37,514 nt of DNA from Lysobacterales bacterium (lineage in GTDB: Bacteria; Pseudomonadota; Gammaproteobacteria; Xanthomonadales; SZUA-5), in assembly GCA_022844165.1 (NCBI GenBank), contig JALHMH010000043.1, positions 1 to 37,514 on the forward strand. The letters are read 5' to 3'. A model generated the notes under the pieces. That model searched no databases. It had not been told where the DNA came from and saw only the letters and a list, made by a program, of their open reading frames with translations. A program made the translations under genes and the position numbers. Below, in pieces: positions 17,895 to 31,069 of the stretch; the stretch's first letter is position 1, and each line of letters opens with the position of its first letter.

Positions 17895-20525
17895 TTAACC
17901 GGCTGTTGTGTCGCCAATTCTGGACGAACCCCTCTCCAGACATCGATGCAGTCGCGGAATGGTCTCGTCTCCAGGTTCTTCCGCAGCGATTCTCCGAATG
18001 CTTTCGCGAATTCGCTGTGGCGAGATGTTTTCTGGCGTCAGGCAAGCGAGTTCGGCAAGGGTCTTGTCTCGGGTGAAGACACCTTTTTCACCAAGGGGTT
18101 GCAAGGCGTCGAGCGCAGCCTGAAATCGGGTTCGCGCTGCCTCCGGCTGGTTGGTGTCGGCGTACGCCTGCGCCAGACCGATGCCGAACAGGATCGCGTT
18201 GATGGTCTCGCTGGTGCCGCTGCGAACCGTTTGCTCGTATGCAGCCTGCAATAGCGGTAACGCGGCCTGCGCATCGCCGCGCTGATGCAACAAGAAGCTG
18301 CCGAGGTTAAAACGCATGCCTGCGGTGCGTGGGCTGTCCGCAGGCATCGCAGACTCGCAAATCGCTACCGCCGTTTCGTAGTAGCGTTGCGCTGCATCCG
18401 CGTTGTTCGCCTGTTTTTCAATGTTGCCCAGGCGCGACAGCGAATGGGTCAGCTCGGGGTGCGTAACACCATAAACGCGCGTTTGGACCTTCAGTGCCCA
18501 CAGAGCGAACGTGCGCGCTTCATCCAGCTGGCCGCGAGCGCGCAGCACACTGGCGCGCTGCAGCGCCAGTGTGGCGAGCTGCGGATCGACGCTGTCGTTG
18601 TCCAAGGTCAGCTCGGATGTGATTTCGTCAAGCAGCGCACTTTCCGCCTGAGCGTCGCCGAGCGCGCCATGCGCAAAGGCAAGACGCACGCGCATTTCGC
18701 GCGCCTCCCGCGATTCAGGTCCAAATCGTCGAGAGGCCTCGTCGATCAGCGCCTGGATCTCGGCAATCTGGCGAATCGGTTCTGGTTTCAACTGCTGTTG
18801 GGCGCGCAGCTTAACGATTAGCGCGCGGAAAGCGATGTCGCTGAGCGTGCTGGATGGCATGCTTGCCGACGTAATCGCATCAGCGTGACGGACCGCTGCT
18901 GCATAGTTGCCGCTGCCGAAGGCAATGCGCGCCAGCAACAGTTGTGCGCGATCCGCGTTTTCTCGATCGACAGCCATTGCCAGCGATTCGTTGGCGAGTC
19001 GTTGCGCCGCTGCCCAGTCGCCCAGCGAGAGTTGGATTTCGCTCAGTATGTCCAATAGTCGCCCGCGCGCTGCAGGCTCATCCTGGAGATCCGTTTCCAG
19101 ATCGGCGATGCCACGGTCGACGATACTCTTCGCCGTCAGTTCGCGGCCGCGGGCGACAACCGGATCGGCCTGACGAAACAGGCCACGCAAGAATTCGACC
19201 ACGCGCTCAGATTCCATGCGCCGCGCTTCGGCGTCATCGCGTGCGTGACGTAGATCGTTCGCCTGCAGCCACAGGGCCACGACCGAGGCCATTACTGTGG
19301 TTGTTGTCAATGCGATGAGTCCGGCAGCCACGCGATGTCGTTTGAGAAAACGGCGCGAGCGATACCACCTCTCTCCACTGCGCGCGGCGATTGGCCGCGA
19401 ATCCAGTATCGCCGCCAGATCGTCGGCGAAAGCTTGTGCGGTCGCGTAGCGATGTTGCGGCTCTTTGCGCAAGGCCCGCGCCAGTACTGTGTCGATATCG
19501 CCCTTGAGAAATCGCAGCACCTGGGCTGGCGAAGCGCGTCGTTCGGCGGCGATCTGTGCCTGGCGTTGCACAGATAGATCTGAAAATCGCTGGCTGGCCA
19601 GGGGTGGAACTTTATGCAAGGCGTGGTCCAGCGCGTCCGGGACCGACAAGTCCTGAAACTCCAGAGGTGGCGCGCCGCAGAGCAGTTCGTAGACCAACGC
19701 AGCGACGGCATAAACGTCCGTGGCGGCACTGCTCAATTGCCCACGAATCTGTTCGGGCGCTGCGCACGCCAGCGAAAAGTAGCGCTGCCCGTCAGCCGTC
19801 GATGCCGCACCCTCGTCGAGTGCCTTGCCGATTCCGAAATCCAGAATGCGTGGCTGCCCGCTGGCATCAACCAGAATATTGGCTGCCTTGATGTCGCGAT
19901 GGACCACCAGGCGCTCGTGTGCGTACTGCAAACCCGCCAGCAGCGCAAGCGCCGCGCGCACGCGAGAAACCAAAGGCCAGCGCTGGCGCGCACAATGATC
20001 GGAGATCGTTTCGCCCGCGACGTACTCCATGGCCAGATATGGACGCTCCGCCGAATCGCCAACATCAACGAGGCGAGCGATCGCCGGATGGTCGAGACTG
20101 GCAAGAATGGCGCGCTCTTGACGGAATCTGGCCATCGCTGCGGGCGCCGCGCGGCGATTCGGCAGTTTGATCGCAACGTGCTGTTGGCGCTCCTCGATTT
20201 GGCGCGTTGCCAGATAGACCTGACCCATTCCACCCGCGCCGAGCAAGCGGACGATCTGGAAAGGACCGATCATGGATCCCGCGGGCAAGGTGTCTTGTTC
20301 GTCCGCGAATTCGCGCAGCTCGGCACCGACGGCTGCAACCACGGCGGAGCCCGTGTGTTCCGCCGCGCGGTCGTGTGCGGAGAAAAGGCGCTGCAAAACG
20401 TCAATCACTTCCGGCGGATCGGTCAACGCGGCGATCGCAATTTGACGTTCTTCGCGCGGCGTTTCGATCAGCGAATCGAACAGCAGCGCTGCCTTCTGCC
20501 AGAAATCGACACCGGGTGTGCTCAC
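17895..20525 (-). CDS. Hanks-type Ser/Thr protein kinase with TM helix and C-terminal TPR-like repeats
   Basis: GAGGMGQVY, VAIK, HRDIKAANILV, DFG and APEQ; TM near aa 400-420; helical TPR-like C-terminal half. Confidence 0.93.
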   Translation of the reverse strand: MSTPGVDFWQKAALLFDSLIETPREERQIAIAALTDPPEVIDVLQRLFSAHDRAAEHTGSAVVAAVGAELREFADEQDTLPAGSMIGPFQIVRLLGAGGMGQVYLATRQIEERQQHVAIKLPNRRAAPAAMARFRQERAILASLDHPAIARLVDVGDSAERPYLAMEYVAGETISDHCARQRWPLVSRVRAALALLAGLQYAHERLVVHRDIKAANILVDASGQPRILDFGIGKALDEGAASTADGQRYFSLACAAPEQIRGQLSSAATDVYAVAALVYELLCGAPPLEFQDLSVPDALDHALHKVPPLASQRFSDLSVQRQAQIAAERRASPAQVLRFLKGDIDTVLARALRKEPQHRYATAQAFADDLAAILDSRPIAARSGERWYRSRRFLKRHRVAAGLIALTTTTVMASVVALWLQANDLRHARDDAEARRMESERVVEFLRGLFRQADPVVARGRELTAKSIVDRGIADLETDLQDEPAARGRLLDILSEIQLSLGDWAAAQRLANESLAMAVDRENADRAQLLLARIAFGSGNYAAAVRHADAITSASMPSSTLSDIAFRALIVKLRAQQQLKPEPIRQIAEIQALIDEASRRFGPESREAREMRVRLAFAHGALGDAQAESALLDEITSELTLDNDSVDPQLATLALQRASVLRARGQLDEARTFALWALKVQTRVYGVTHPELTHSLSRLGNIEKQANNADAAQRYYETAVAICESAMPADSPRTAGMRFNLGSFLLHQRGDAQAALPLLQAAYEQTVRSGTSETINAILFGIGLAQAYADTNQPEAARTRFQAALDALQPLGEKGVFTRDKTLAELACLTPENISPQRIRESIRRIAAEEPGDETIPRLHRCLERGSSRIGDTTAG

Positions 20526-21103
20526 GTCGCCGCTGGGTCGGACAAGCGATCGTGCAAGAAGGCGACCGCAAATTGCCAGTCGCGTTTAACGGTAGTCAAA
20601 GAGCGACCCGTCGCGTCCGCAACTTCTTCGAGCGTCAAACCCGAGAAGTAGCGCATCTCGACGACCTGCGCGGCCCGCGATTGCACCGCCTCCAACTGCG
20701 TGATTGCCTGGTCCAGTGCCAGCAAGTCGATTGCATCCAGTGGTTTTCGATCGGACTCTTCGACCGCGTGGCTAAGGCTGACATGTTCCCAGTCAGAGCC
20801 GCGTTTCTCTGCACTGCGCTCACGAATCTGATCGATCAACACACGACGTATGATGCGCGCCGAAATGGCGAAAAAATGCGCACGGTTCGCAAACTGCAAT
20901 TCGCGCTGATCGCGCAACCTCACATAGGATTCGTTGACCAGCTCGGTGACCGAGTAAGCGCCAGCGCTACGGTCGGACATGCGCTGCGCCGCAATTTGTT
21001 TGAGCACAGGATACACGGTCTGCATCAGCGTCGATTCTGCGCCCGCATCGCCCTCGCGCCAACGGGCAAGTAATTGCGTTACGTCGGTGCGATTGGAAAG
21101 CAT
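20522..21103 (-). CDS. ECF-type RNA polymerase sigma factor (kinase-associated type)
   Basis: VTQLLARWREGD, TELVNESYVRL, RAHFFAISARIIRRVLID, RYFSGLTLEEVA, TVKRDW; 4-nt overlap with kinase. Confidence 0.92.
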   Translation of the reverse strand: MLSNRTDVTQLLARWREGDAGAESTLMQTVYPVLKQIAAQRMSDRSAGAYSVTELVNESYVRLRDQRELQFANRAHFFAISARIIRRVLIDQIRERSAEKRGSDWEHVSLSHAVEESDRKPLDAIDLLALDQAITQLEAVQSRAAQVVEMRYFSGLTLEEVADATGRSLTTVKRDWQFAVAFLHDRLSDPAAT

Positions 21104-21406
21104 ATCGATCCCAGTCAGGTCGAGGTTAGAGGCGAGTTGCGGAGTCAGACGAGATCGGGTCAACCAGGTTCCCAAAAGCTCGATCGAAATAATGATGGGC
21201 CGTATCTACGCTCTTTCCCGCGTTCAGCCGTCAGATTATGTGAGATTTGCGCGTGCACATCAAAGCAGGCGTCGGCGTAAGCGAGCCCCGAGCGGCGATA
21301 CCCTTTGACGATGGCAGGTGCGTCGACTCACTGATGGCCTCAGATGCAAGGGCATGGCATCGAAGAGCTGAGTTACCGCAGTAGGCAAACTGAAGATCGG
21401 CGGCCC

Positions 21407-21435
21407 AAAAGTCGCCCCGAGGGGTTCGGGGCGAC
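21407..21435 (-). terminator. Rho-independent terminator of the S9 peptidase gene
   Basis: GTCGCCCCGA/TCGGGGCGAC 10-bp stem followed by TTTT on the minus strand, just after the stop at 21450. Confidence 0.75.
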
Positions 21436-21449
21436 CTATTGCAGTTAAC

Positions 21450-23360
21450 TTAATTCGAGCCTTTGAGGTGCTTGTCCAGGAACTTGAGCACGGCCGCATA
21501 GCCGCGGCTCTCGTTCTCTCGTTTCACGAACCCATGGCCCTCGTCGGGAAATACGACGTATTCCACGGGTACGTTGTTGGCCTTGACGGCAGCGACGATT
21601 TCATCGCTTTCGACCTGCAGAACACGAGGATCGTTGGCGCCTTGCAATACGATCAACGGTTTGGTGATGTTTTTGGCATGGAACAGCGGGCTGATACGCA
21701 TCAGACGTTCTTTGTCCTTCTGCGGATGGCCCAGTTCGGCATACAGCGCATCGCGCTGCGCTTCCCACCACGGCGGAATGCTCTCGAGCGTACGCAGCCA
21801 GTTTGCGACGCCGAAGATGTTAACGCCGACTTTGAATTCGTCTGGTCGGAACGCAAGCGCTGCCAGCGTCATGTAACCGCCGTAACTGCCGCCAGCGATC
21901 CCAATACGATCTGGATCGACCTTGCCGGTTGCGATCAGCATGCCCTTGCTGGCGACCACGTCATCGAGATCCGCCTCGCCATGTTTTTGGTCATCGGCCG
22001 CAAAAAACGTCTTCCCATAGCCAGAGCTGCCGCGATTGTTGATCGCGTACACGGCATAGCCGTGATTGACGAGGTATTGCACGAGCGCCGAATAGTTCAA
22101 GCGCGACTGCCCACCCGGGCCACCGTGTACCCAAACGACCGCAGGCACCTTGTTTGCAGCGCTTGCTTCCTTCGGCCAGTACATGATGCCCGGGATCTCA
22201 AGGCCATCGTAACTGGCGAAACGAACCACTTCGCCCTCCACCAGATCCTTTGGATCGACAGCTGGGTTCAGCGAAGACACCAGTTCGCGCGCGTCGCCAC
22301 CGATCTGTGCGCTCCAAAGCGATCCTGGCGTACGTGAACTTGCAACATAAAACGCCAACTGATTGCCGGTCTGGCCGAAAACGGCTGAGGTCACATCGCC
22401 CGCCGGAACGGCCGGCAAGCTCACGGGCTGCCATGTCTGTGCTTCGAGCAGCGTCAGCTCCGTGCGTGCGTCGGCATTGACGTAAACCAGAAGAAGCCGG
22501 TCATCCGGAGAATACGTGGCGCCCACAACATCCCATGAGGGCGCAAAGACCACGCTGCGCTCGCCGCTCTGAAGATTCAGGCGAACCAGTTTGCTGAATT
22601 CCGCATCGCGATTGCTGGTGATCAACAAATCGCCGCCTGGCATAAATGCAACAGCGCTATTCGCTTCGATCGCTTCGCTCTCCGTCAAATTGCGCGACTG
22701 GCCGGTGCTGCGGTCATGCAGGACGATATCGATGTCGTTTGTCGTGTTCGGCTTTTCCAAAGCGATGTAGCGTTTGTCGCGGCTCACCGCCGCTGGGAAC
22801 ATGCCGCTCTCGTTCTTGAAAAAGAGCGTGCGTTCGTAACTGTCGATGTCGTATTCGTAAGCATCGAAGTAACGCTGATCGCGTTCGTTCGTGCAGATGA
22901 AGAACGAGCGATCGTCTTCTGCGAAATCGCAGAACATAGCGCGATGTTTGTCGCCAGGCGTCAGATCTTTCAATGTGCCATCGAGTTGCCGCACGTACAC
23001 ATGCGACAATTCGTTGCCGCCCTGGTCGGCGGTGATCAACAGGCGCTCGTCATCCGGGAAGTAGCTCACGACGTATTGCGCATCAGTGCTCGAGCTGGTC
23101 AGCGCGCTCGGCTCTCCTCCCTGAAACGGCACTTGATAGACATTAACGACACCCGAGGCGTTCGAGGAAAACGCGACTTTCGAACCATCCGGCGAGATCG
23201 AAGCGCCGTTCAATCGCAGGTTAGACAGCAGGGTGTCGATTTCGTAACGCTTGGGCTGCTGCACGACTGGCGCAGGCATCGCCTCGGGTTTCGGTGGCGG
23301 TGTGTCTTGACCACAGGCCACCACAGTCAGGGCGCATATCGCAAGAGTCCAAAAACGCAT
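21450..23360 (-). CDS. S9 family (prolyl oligopeptidase/acylaminoacyl peptidase) lipoprotein
   Basis: Lipobox VVAC after MRFWTLAICALT; propeller repeats; HGGP; triad GGSYGG, NDPRV, DEGHG. Confidence 0.92.
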   Translation of the reverse strand: MRFWTLAICALTVVACGQDTPPPKPEAMPAPVVQQPKRYEIDTLLSNLRLNGASISPDGSKVAFSSNASGVVNVYQVPFQGGEPSALTSSSTDAQYVVSYFPDDERLLITADQGGNELSHVYVRQLDGTLKDLTPGDKHRAMFCDFAEDDRSFFICTNERDQRYFDAYEYDIDSYERTLFFKNESGMFPAAVSRDKRYIALEKPNTTNDIDIVLHDRSTGQSRNLTESEAIEANSAVAFMPGGDLLITSNRDAEFSKLVRLNLQSGERSVVFAPSWDVVGATYSPDDRLLLVYVNADARTELTLLEAQTWQPVSLPAVPAGDVTSAVFGQTGNQLAFYVASSRTPGSLWSAQIGGDARELVSSLNPAVDPKDLVEGEVVRFASYDGLEIPGIMYWPKEASAANKVPAVVWVHGGPGGQSRLNYSALVQYLVNHGYAVYAINNRGSSGYGKTFFAADDQKHGEADLDDVVASKGMLIATGKVDPDRIGIAGGSYGGYMTLAALAFRPDEFKVGVNIFGVANWLRTLESIPPWWEAQRDALYAELGHPQKDKERLMRISPLFHAKNITKPLIVLQGANDPRVLQVESDEIVAAVKANNVPVEYVVFPDEGHGFVKRENESRGYAAVLKFLDKHLKGSN

Positions 23361-23676
23361 CGGCATCATCCGGAACGAAGAAGCTTCGCAGAATGCCAGT
23401 TGTCGTTCGTCCTTGCTAAGGCCGATCGTCATCCGGCACAGACAATTCCGGATGTCGCTAATTCCCCAGGGTCGCGGCGAGCATGTGTCAATGCTCCCGC
23501 CGAATGCCGATTGAGACGCGGAGTAGAGCCTTGGCTCCACAAATGTTGCATCAGCACGTGACAAAACGGTGTCTCAGAGCTTGCGACGCACGAAAAAGCC
23601 AACCTATACTTCCGCTGATTTTTACGGGTCCACCCGCGGCGCTGGTGACATCGCACCGCAGCCTTGAGAACTCAGC

Positions 23677-24883
<1,207 letters not shown>

Positions 24884-24986
24884 TTTGATGGTATCTGGTT
24901 GTCTTGTGCACCCAGTTACGGATGAGTTTTGAACGAGCGGTTTTGTCAGGGGTCGTCGGTGTCGTTCTGCCGCCCGCTCAGATAAA

Positions 24987-25014
24987 GCCAACTACCAAGA
25001 ACCAAGAACCAAGC
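24987..25014 (+). repeat. Heptamer tandem repeat upstream of atpE
   Basis: GCCAACT-ACCAAGA-ACCAAGA-ACCAAGC. Confidence 0.7.
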
Positions 25015-25026
25015 TAAACGGAGTGA

Positions 25027-25305
<279 letters not shown>

Positions 25306-25323
25306 TCTGCCGAGTCACAGTTG

Positions 25324-25346
25324 CCGCGCGTTCGCGCGCGGTTTTT
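25324..25346 (+). terminator. Terminator-like hairpin between atpE and atpF
   Basis: CCGCGCG-TTCG-CGCGCGG-TTTTT. Confidence 0.6.
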
Positions 25347-25363
25347 GGAGCGGAGAGAGACGC

Positions 25364-25840
25364 ATGAACATTAATGTGACCTTGGTCATCCAGGGACTCG
25401 CGTTCTTCGCGGTCGCCTGGCTGGTCATGAAGTTCGGCTGGCCGCACATCATCGGTGCGATCGAAGAGCGTCAGAAAAAAATTGCTGACGGTCTGGCGGC
25501 TGCGGAAGAGGGCAAACGCGCCTTGGCGTCAGCCTCCACGCAGCAGGATCAAGTGCTACGTGAGGCGCGTGCCGAAGCGTCGAACATTCGCGATCGCGCC
25601 GAAAAAGAATACGGCCAGATTGTCGAGAAGGCGAAGTCCGATGCGGTCGCCGAAGGCAATCGCCAGAAGGCGGCTGCGGTGGCTGAAATCGAGACCGAAA
25701 CGCACCGTGCGCGGGAAGTCTTGCGCAATCAGGTGGCCGAGTTGGCGGTTAAGGGTGCGGAGAAGCTGATCCGCAAGGAAATTGATGCGGCCGCCCATAA
25801 AGCGCTCTTGGATGATTTGATTGCCGAGATTGCCAGATGA
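25364..25840 (+). CDS. atpF: ATP synthase subunit b
   Basis: MNINVTLVIQ...WPHIIGAIEERQKKIADGL followed by a coiled coil. Confidence 0.97.
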   Translation: MNINVTLVIQGLAFFAVAWLVMKFGWPHIIGAIEERQKKIADGLAAAEEGKRALASASTQQDQVLREARAEASNIRDRAEKEYGQIVEKAKSDAVAEGNRQKAAAVAEIETETHRAREVLRNQVAELAVKGAEKLIRKEIDAAAHKALLDDLIAEIAR

Positions 25841-26367
25841 GTAACGCCACGACGCTCGCCCGCCCTTATGCCCGCGCTGCTTTCGAACTCGCCAAAAGCG
25901 AGAGTGCGCAGGGCGATTGGTCGCGCCGGCTGGGATTTGCTGCGCAGGTTGCTATGCAACCCACCGTGCATGAGCTGCTCGGCAGCCCAAAGTTGCAACC
26001 GGCTGACCGTGTGGCGCTCTTTCTGAGCAATGACCAGGAAGCATCCTCGAGTTTCGGTCGGTTTTTGGCGGTGCTTGAGGGCAATCAGCGTTTGTCGCTG
26101 CTCGGCGAAGTTGCGTCGCTGTATGAGATGTTGCGCGCTGAGGACGAAAAGCGCCTCCAAGTGCAAGTTCGATCGGCAATGGTGATTGAGCCTATGCAGC
26201 AGCAACAGCTGGTTGGAGCGCTGGCCAAACGCTTCAATCGCGCCATCGATTTGGACGTGACGATCGACGCCGAATTGCTGGGTGGTGCCATCGTTGAGGC
26301 AGGCGATGTGGTCATCGACGGTTCTGTGCGCGGCAAGCTCAAGCGCCTGCGTGCGGAATTGCACTGA
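25837..26367 (+). CDS. atpH: ATP synthase subunit delta
   Basis: TLARPYARAAF, LLGGAIVEAGDVVIDGSVRGKL. Confidence 0.97.
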   Translation: MSNATTLARPYARAAFELAKSESAQGDWSRRLGFAAQVAMQPTVHELLGSPKLQPADRVALFLSNDQEASSSFGRFLAVLEGNQRLSLLGEVASLYEMLRAEDEKRLQVQVRSAMVIEPMQQQQLVGALAKRFNRAIDLDVTIDAELLGGAIVEAGDVVIDGSVRGKLKRLRAELH

Positions 26368-26411
26368 GCACGAAAAGGCGGCTCGGCGAAAGCCTTGCCG
26401 CCCTGAATTGG

Positions 26412-26486
26412 AGGTCAAAGGTCAAAGGTCGAACGCAGGCTGGGCGATCCAGTGTCGATTGACTTTTCGCTTTTTACTTTTTCACT
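26412..26486 (+). repeat. Heptamer repeats forming a loose inverted pair between atpH and atpA
   Basis: AGGTCAA-AGGTCAA-AGGTCGA (26412-26432) and TTGACTT-TTCGCTT-TTTACTT-TTTCACT (26459-26486). Confidence 0.6.
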
Positions 26487-26564
26487 GGCAGCGACGGTGG
26501 GGCAGTTGGTCAACTACCCGAACGCGCAACCAACAAAACACATTCGAAAATTGGACGAAACGCC

Positions 26565-28112
26565 ATGCAGACGCAACTGAATCCCTCTGAGATCAGCGAT
26601 CTGATCAAGTCGCGGATTGAGAAATTCCAATCGGCCGCCGAAGCGCGCAACGAGGGCACTATCGTGTCGGTGTCCGACGGCATCGTGCGCATCCACGGCC
26701 TCGCCGATGTGATGCAAGGCGAAATGATCGAGATGCCGGGCGACACCTTCGCGCTTGCGCTGAACCTGGAGCGCGATTCGGTCGGCGCCGTTGTGTTGGG
26801 CGATTACGAGCATTTGCGCGAAGGCGATGCGGTCAAAACGACCGGCCGTATTCTCGAAGTCCCGGTCGGCCCCGAATTGCTGGGCCGAGTGGTCAACGCG
26901 CTCGGTGCTCCGATCGACGGCAAGGGTCCGCTGAACGCCAAGCTGTCGAGTCCCATCGAAAAAGTCGCGCCAGGCGTGATCTGGCGGCAATCGGTGGCAC
27001 AGCCCGTGCAGACCGGCTACAAATCGGTCGATGCCATGGTGCCGGTGGGTCGCGGTCAGCGCGAGCTGATCATTGGCGATCGCCAAACGGGCAAAACCGC
27101 ACTGGCAGTCGATACCATCATCAATCAGAAGGCCAGCGGCATTAAGTGCATCTACGTGGCGATCGGCCAGAAACAGAGTTCGATTGCGAACGTCGTTCGT
27201 AAGCTCGATGAACACGGCGCCCTGGCGCACACGATTATCGTTGCTGCGTCGGCGTCCGAATCGGCGGCTATGCAGTATGTTGCCGCATACGCCGGCTGTG
27301 CGATGGGCGAGTACTTCCGCGACCGCGGCGAAGATGCGCTGATCATCTACGACGATTTGACCAAACAAGCCTGGGCGTATCGCCAGATCTCGCTGCTGCT
27401 GCGCCGTCCGCCGGGCCGCGAAGCGTATCCGGGCGATGTCTTTTATTTGCACTCGCGCTTGCTGGAGCGCGCTGCGCGCGTCAACCCGGACTACGTCGAG
27501 AAGTTCACTGGCGGCGCCGTGAAAGGCAAGACAGGTTCGTTGACAGCGTTGCCCATCATCGAAACGCAGGCGGGTGACGTGTCTGCATTCGTGCCGACCA
27601 ACGTGATTTCAATCACCGACGGCCAGATCTTCCTGGAAACCGACCTCTTCAACGCCGGCATTCGCCCGGCGATGAACGCCGGTATCTCGGTGTCACGCGT
27701 CGGTGGCGCTGCACAGACCAAGATCATCAAGAAACTTGGCGGCGGCATTCGACTGGCACTTGCGCAGTACCGCGAACTTGCGGCGTTTGCGCAGTTCGCC
27801 TCAGATCTCGACGCAGCCACGCGTGCGCAGCTGGAGCGCGGCCAACGCGTTACCGAGCTGATGAAGCAAAAGCAATATGCGCCGATGAGCGTGGGCGACA
27901 TGGGTGTGTCGCTCTATGCAGTCGACAAGGGTTTCATGGACGACTTGCCGCTGGCCAAAATCCAGGCATTCGAGAAAGCCCTGCACAAACACATGCGCAG
28001 CAACTACGCCGAAGCGATGAACAAGATCGACAGCACGGGCGACTGGAACGATGAACTTGAGGGCGCGTTCAAGAAGGGCATTGGCGAGTTCAAGAAGACC
28101 GGAAGTTGGTAA
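26565..28112 (+). CDS. atpA: ATP synthase subunit alpha
   Basis: GDRQTGKT and [21 protein letters not shown]. Confidence 0.99.
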   Translation: MQTQLNPSEISDLIKSRIEKFQSAAEARNEGTIVSVSDGIVRIHGLADVMQGEMIEMPGDTFALALNLERDSVGAVVLGDYEHLREGDAVKTTGRILEVPVGPELLGRVVNALGAPIDGKGPLNAKLSSPIEKVAPGVIWRQSVAQPVQTGYKSVDAMVPVGRGQRELIIGDRQTGKTALAVDTIINQKASGIKCIYVAIGQKQSSIANVVRKLDEHGALAHTIIVAASASESAAMQYVAAYAGCAMGEYFRDRGEDALIIYDDLTKQAWAYRQISLLLRRPPGREAYPGDVFYLHSRLLERAARVNPDYVEKFTGGAVKGKTGSLTALPIIETQAGDVSAFVPTNVISITDGQIFLETDLFNAGIRPAMNAGISVSRVGGAAQTKIIKKLGGGIRLALAQYRELAAFAQFASDLDAATRAQLERGQRVTELMKQKQYAPMSVGDMGVSLYAVDKGFMDDLPLAKIQAFEKALHKHMRSNYAEAMNKIDSTGDWNDELEGAFKKGIGEFKKTGSW

Positions 28113-28219
28113 GCGCTGTCCGGCGGCAGTCACGCGAAGTCATCGCTTGTCGATCAGCGAAGCTGCTACCTGACGCCCTTCTTCCAATGACCAACTGACT
28201 GCGAAACAAGCGAGCACAC

Positions 28220-29083
28220 ATGGCCGGCGCAAGAGAAATTCGAACCAAGATCAAGAGCGTGCAGAACACCCGCAAGGTGACGCGCGCGCTTGAGATGGTG
28301 TCTGCAAGCAAGATTCGCCGCGCGCAAGACCTGATGAAGGCCTCGCGCCCCTACGCACGTTTGATGCGTCAGATGATCGGTCATATCGCCAAGGCCAACA
28401 CCGACTATCAACATCCGTTCCTGGTGGAGCGCGAGGAGATATCGCATGTCGGATACATCATTGTGTCCACCGACCGCGGACTATGCGGCGGGTTGAACGC
28501 CAATTTGTTCCGCCGTTTGTTGGGCGAATTCCGCGAATGGCAGCAGAAAGGCGTTGAGATCGATGTGGTCTGTATCGGCCAAAAAGCATCGGCATTTTTT
28601 AAACGCCTCCAGGTGAACTTCACCGGTTCGGTGACGCACCTTGGCGAAAAGCCGCAAGTCTCGAAACTGATCGGCACGATCAAAGTCATCCTCGATAACT
28701 ATATGTCGGGCCGTGCCGATCGGTTGTTTCTGGCGTACAACCATTTCGTCAATACCATGACGCAGAAAGTGACGATCGATCAGGTTTTGCCGTTGCCGCC
28801 GTCCGACTCGCTCGAGTCGGCGCACTCGTGGGACTATTTGTACGAACCGAATGCGAAGGACATTCTCGATCACGTGTTAACGCGCTACATTGAGAGTTTG
28901 GTGTACCAGTCGACGCTGGAGAATCTCGCCAGCGAACACGCTGCACGCATGGTTGCAATGAAGAGCGCATCGGACAACGCGACCAAGCTGATCGGCGACC
29001 TGACCTTGGTGTACAACAAGGCGCGGCAAGCAGCGATTACACAGGAGATTTCGGAAATCGTTGGTGGCGCCGCTGCTGTTTAG
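28220..29083 (+). CDS. atpG: ATP synthase subunit gamma
   Basis: DRGLCGGLN and [23 protein letters not shown]. Confidence 0.99.
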   Translation: MAGAREIRTKIKSVQNTRKVTRALEMVSASKIRRAQDLMKASRPYARLMRQMIGHIAKANTDYQHPFLVEREEISHVGYIIVSTDRGLCGGLNANLFRRLLGEFREWQQKGVEIDVVCIGQKASAFFKRLQVNFTGSVTHLGEKPQVSKLIGTIKVILDNYMSGRADRLFLAYNHFVNTMTQKVTIDQVLPLPPSDSLESAHSWDYLYEPNAKDILDHVLTRYIESLVYQSTLENLASEHAARMVAMKSASDNATKLIGDLTLVYNKARQAAITQEISEIVGGAAAV

Positions 29084-29133
29084 ACGGGCGGGCTATGATT
29101 TGGGACGCGAATCGCACCGATACGGGGCCCGAA

Positions 29134-29328
29134 ATGAAGCGCGAACTTACGCTCGAGTACTGGTTAGATGATGGTTGGTATGTGGGACGGCTGCGGGAAG
29201 TACCCGGCGTCTATAGTCAAGGTGAGTCTCTAGCGGAACTAGAACAGAACATCGAAGATGCTTACCAGCTCGTTCGTTCGAGCGATCGCTCCGAAGCGGC
29301 GCCGAAATCGGCACTTGAAAGTCTGTGA
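29134..29328 (+). CDS. hicB: HicB-family antitoxin (short type, no DNA-binding domain); C-terminus possibly frameshifted
   Basis: TLEYWLDDGWYVGRLREVPGVYSQGESLAELEQNIEDAYQL has the HicB partial RNase H pattern; not part of a standard atp operon. Confidence 0.85.
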   Translation: MKRELTLEYWLDDGWYVGRLREVPGVYSQGESLAELEQNIEDAYQLVRSSDRSEAAPKSALESL

Positions 29329-29341
29329 GGCTGGACGTGGC

Positions 29342-29519
29342 GTGAATCGCCGCGAGTTCATCAGAGCTGTTGAGGTCTGGGTGCGTGTTGTTCCGCCACG
29401 GTGGACGGCACGACATCTATCTGAATCAGAGAAATGGGCGCATGGCGCCTGTGCCGAGGCACAATGAGATCAAGGACTCGTTGTGTCGGGTCATCAGAAA
29501 GCAACTTGGGTTGGTCTAG
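29342..29519 (+). pseudogene. hicA: HicA-family mRNase toxin, frameshifted
   Basis: GTG start MNRREFIR, then in another frame LLRSGCVLFRHGGRHDIYLNQRNGRMAPVPRHNEIKDSLCRVIRKQLGLV*. Adding 2 nt at AGAG (29363-29366) restores a 59-aa HicA. Confidence 0.85.
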
Positions 29520-31001
<1,482 letters not shown>

Positions 31002-31069
31002 AATTGCCCCTATGTGCCGCTCCGCTCAACGAGCGGCCGTCAGCGAGCATCTGAAATGAGAAGAAGCGA

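Noticed and set aside
21180-21400. Possible ncRNA or riboswitch upstream of the ECF gene
   Set aside because: No recognisable motif or repeat support; probably promoter DNA.
23361-23564. Long N-terminal extensions in the ORF track (S9 peptidase, infA, kbl, DUF1295, cfa)
   Set aside because: Downstream starts give correct family N-termini, signal peptides, RBS or stop-start overlaps.
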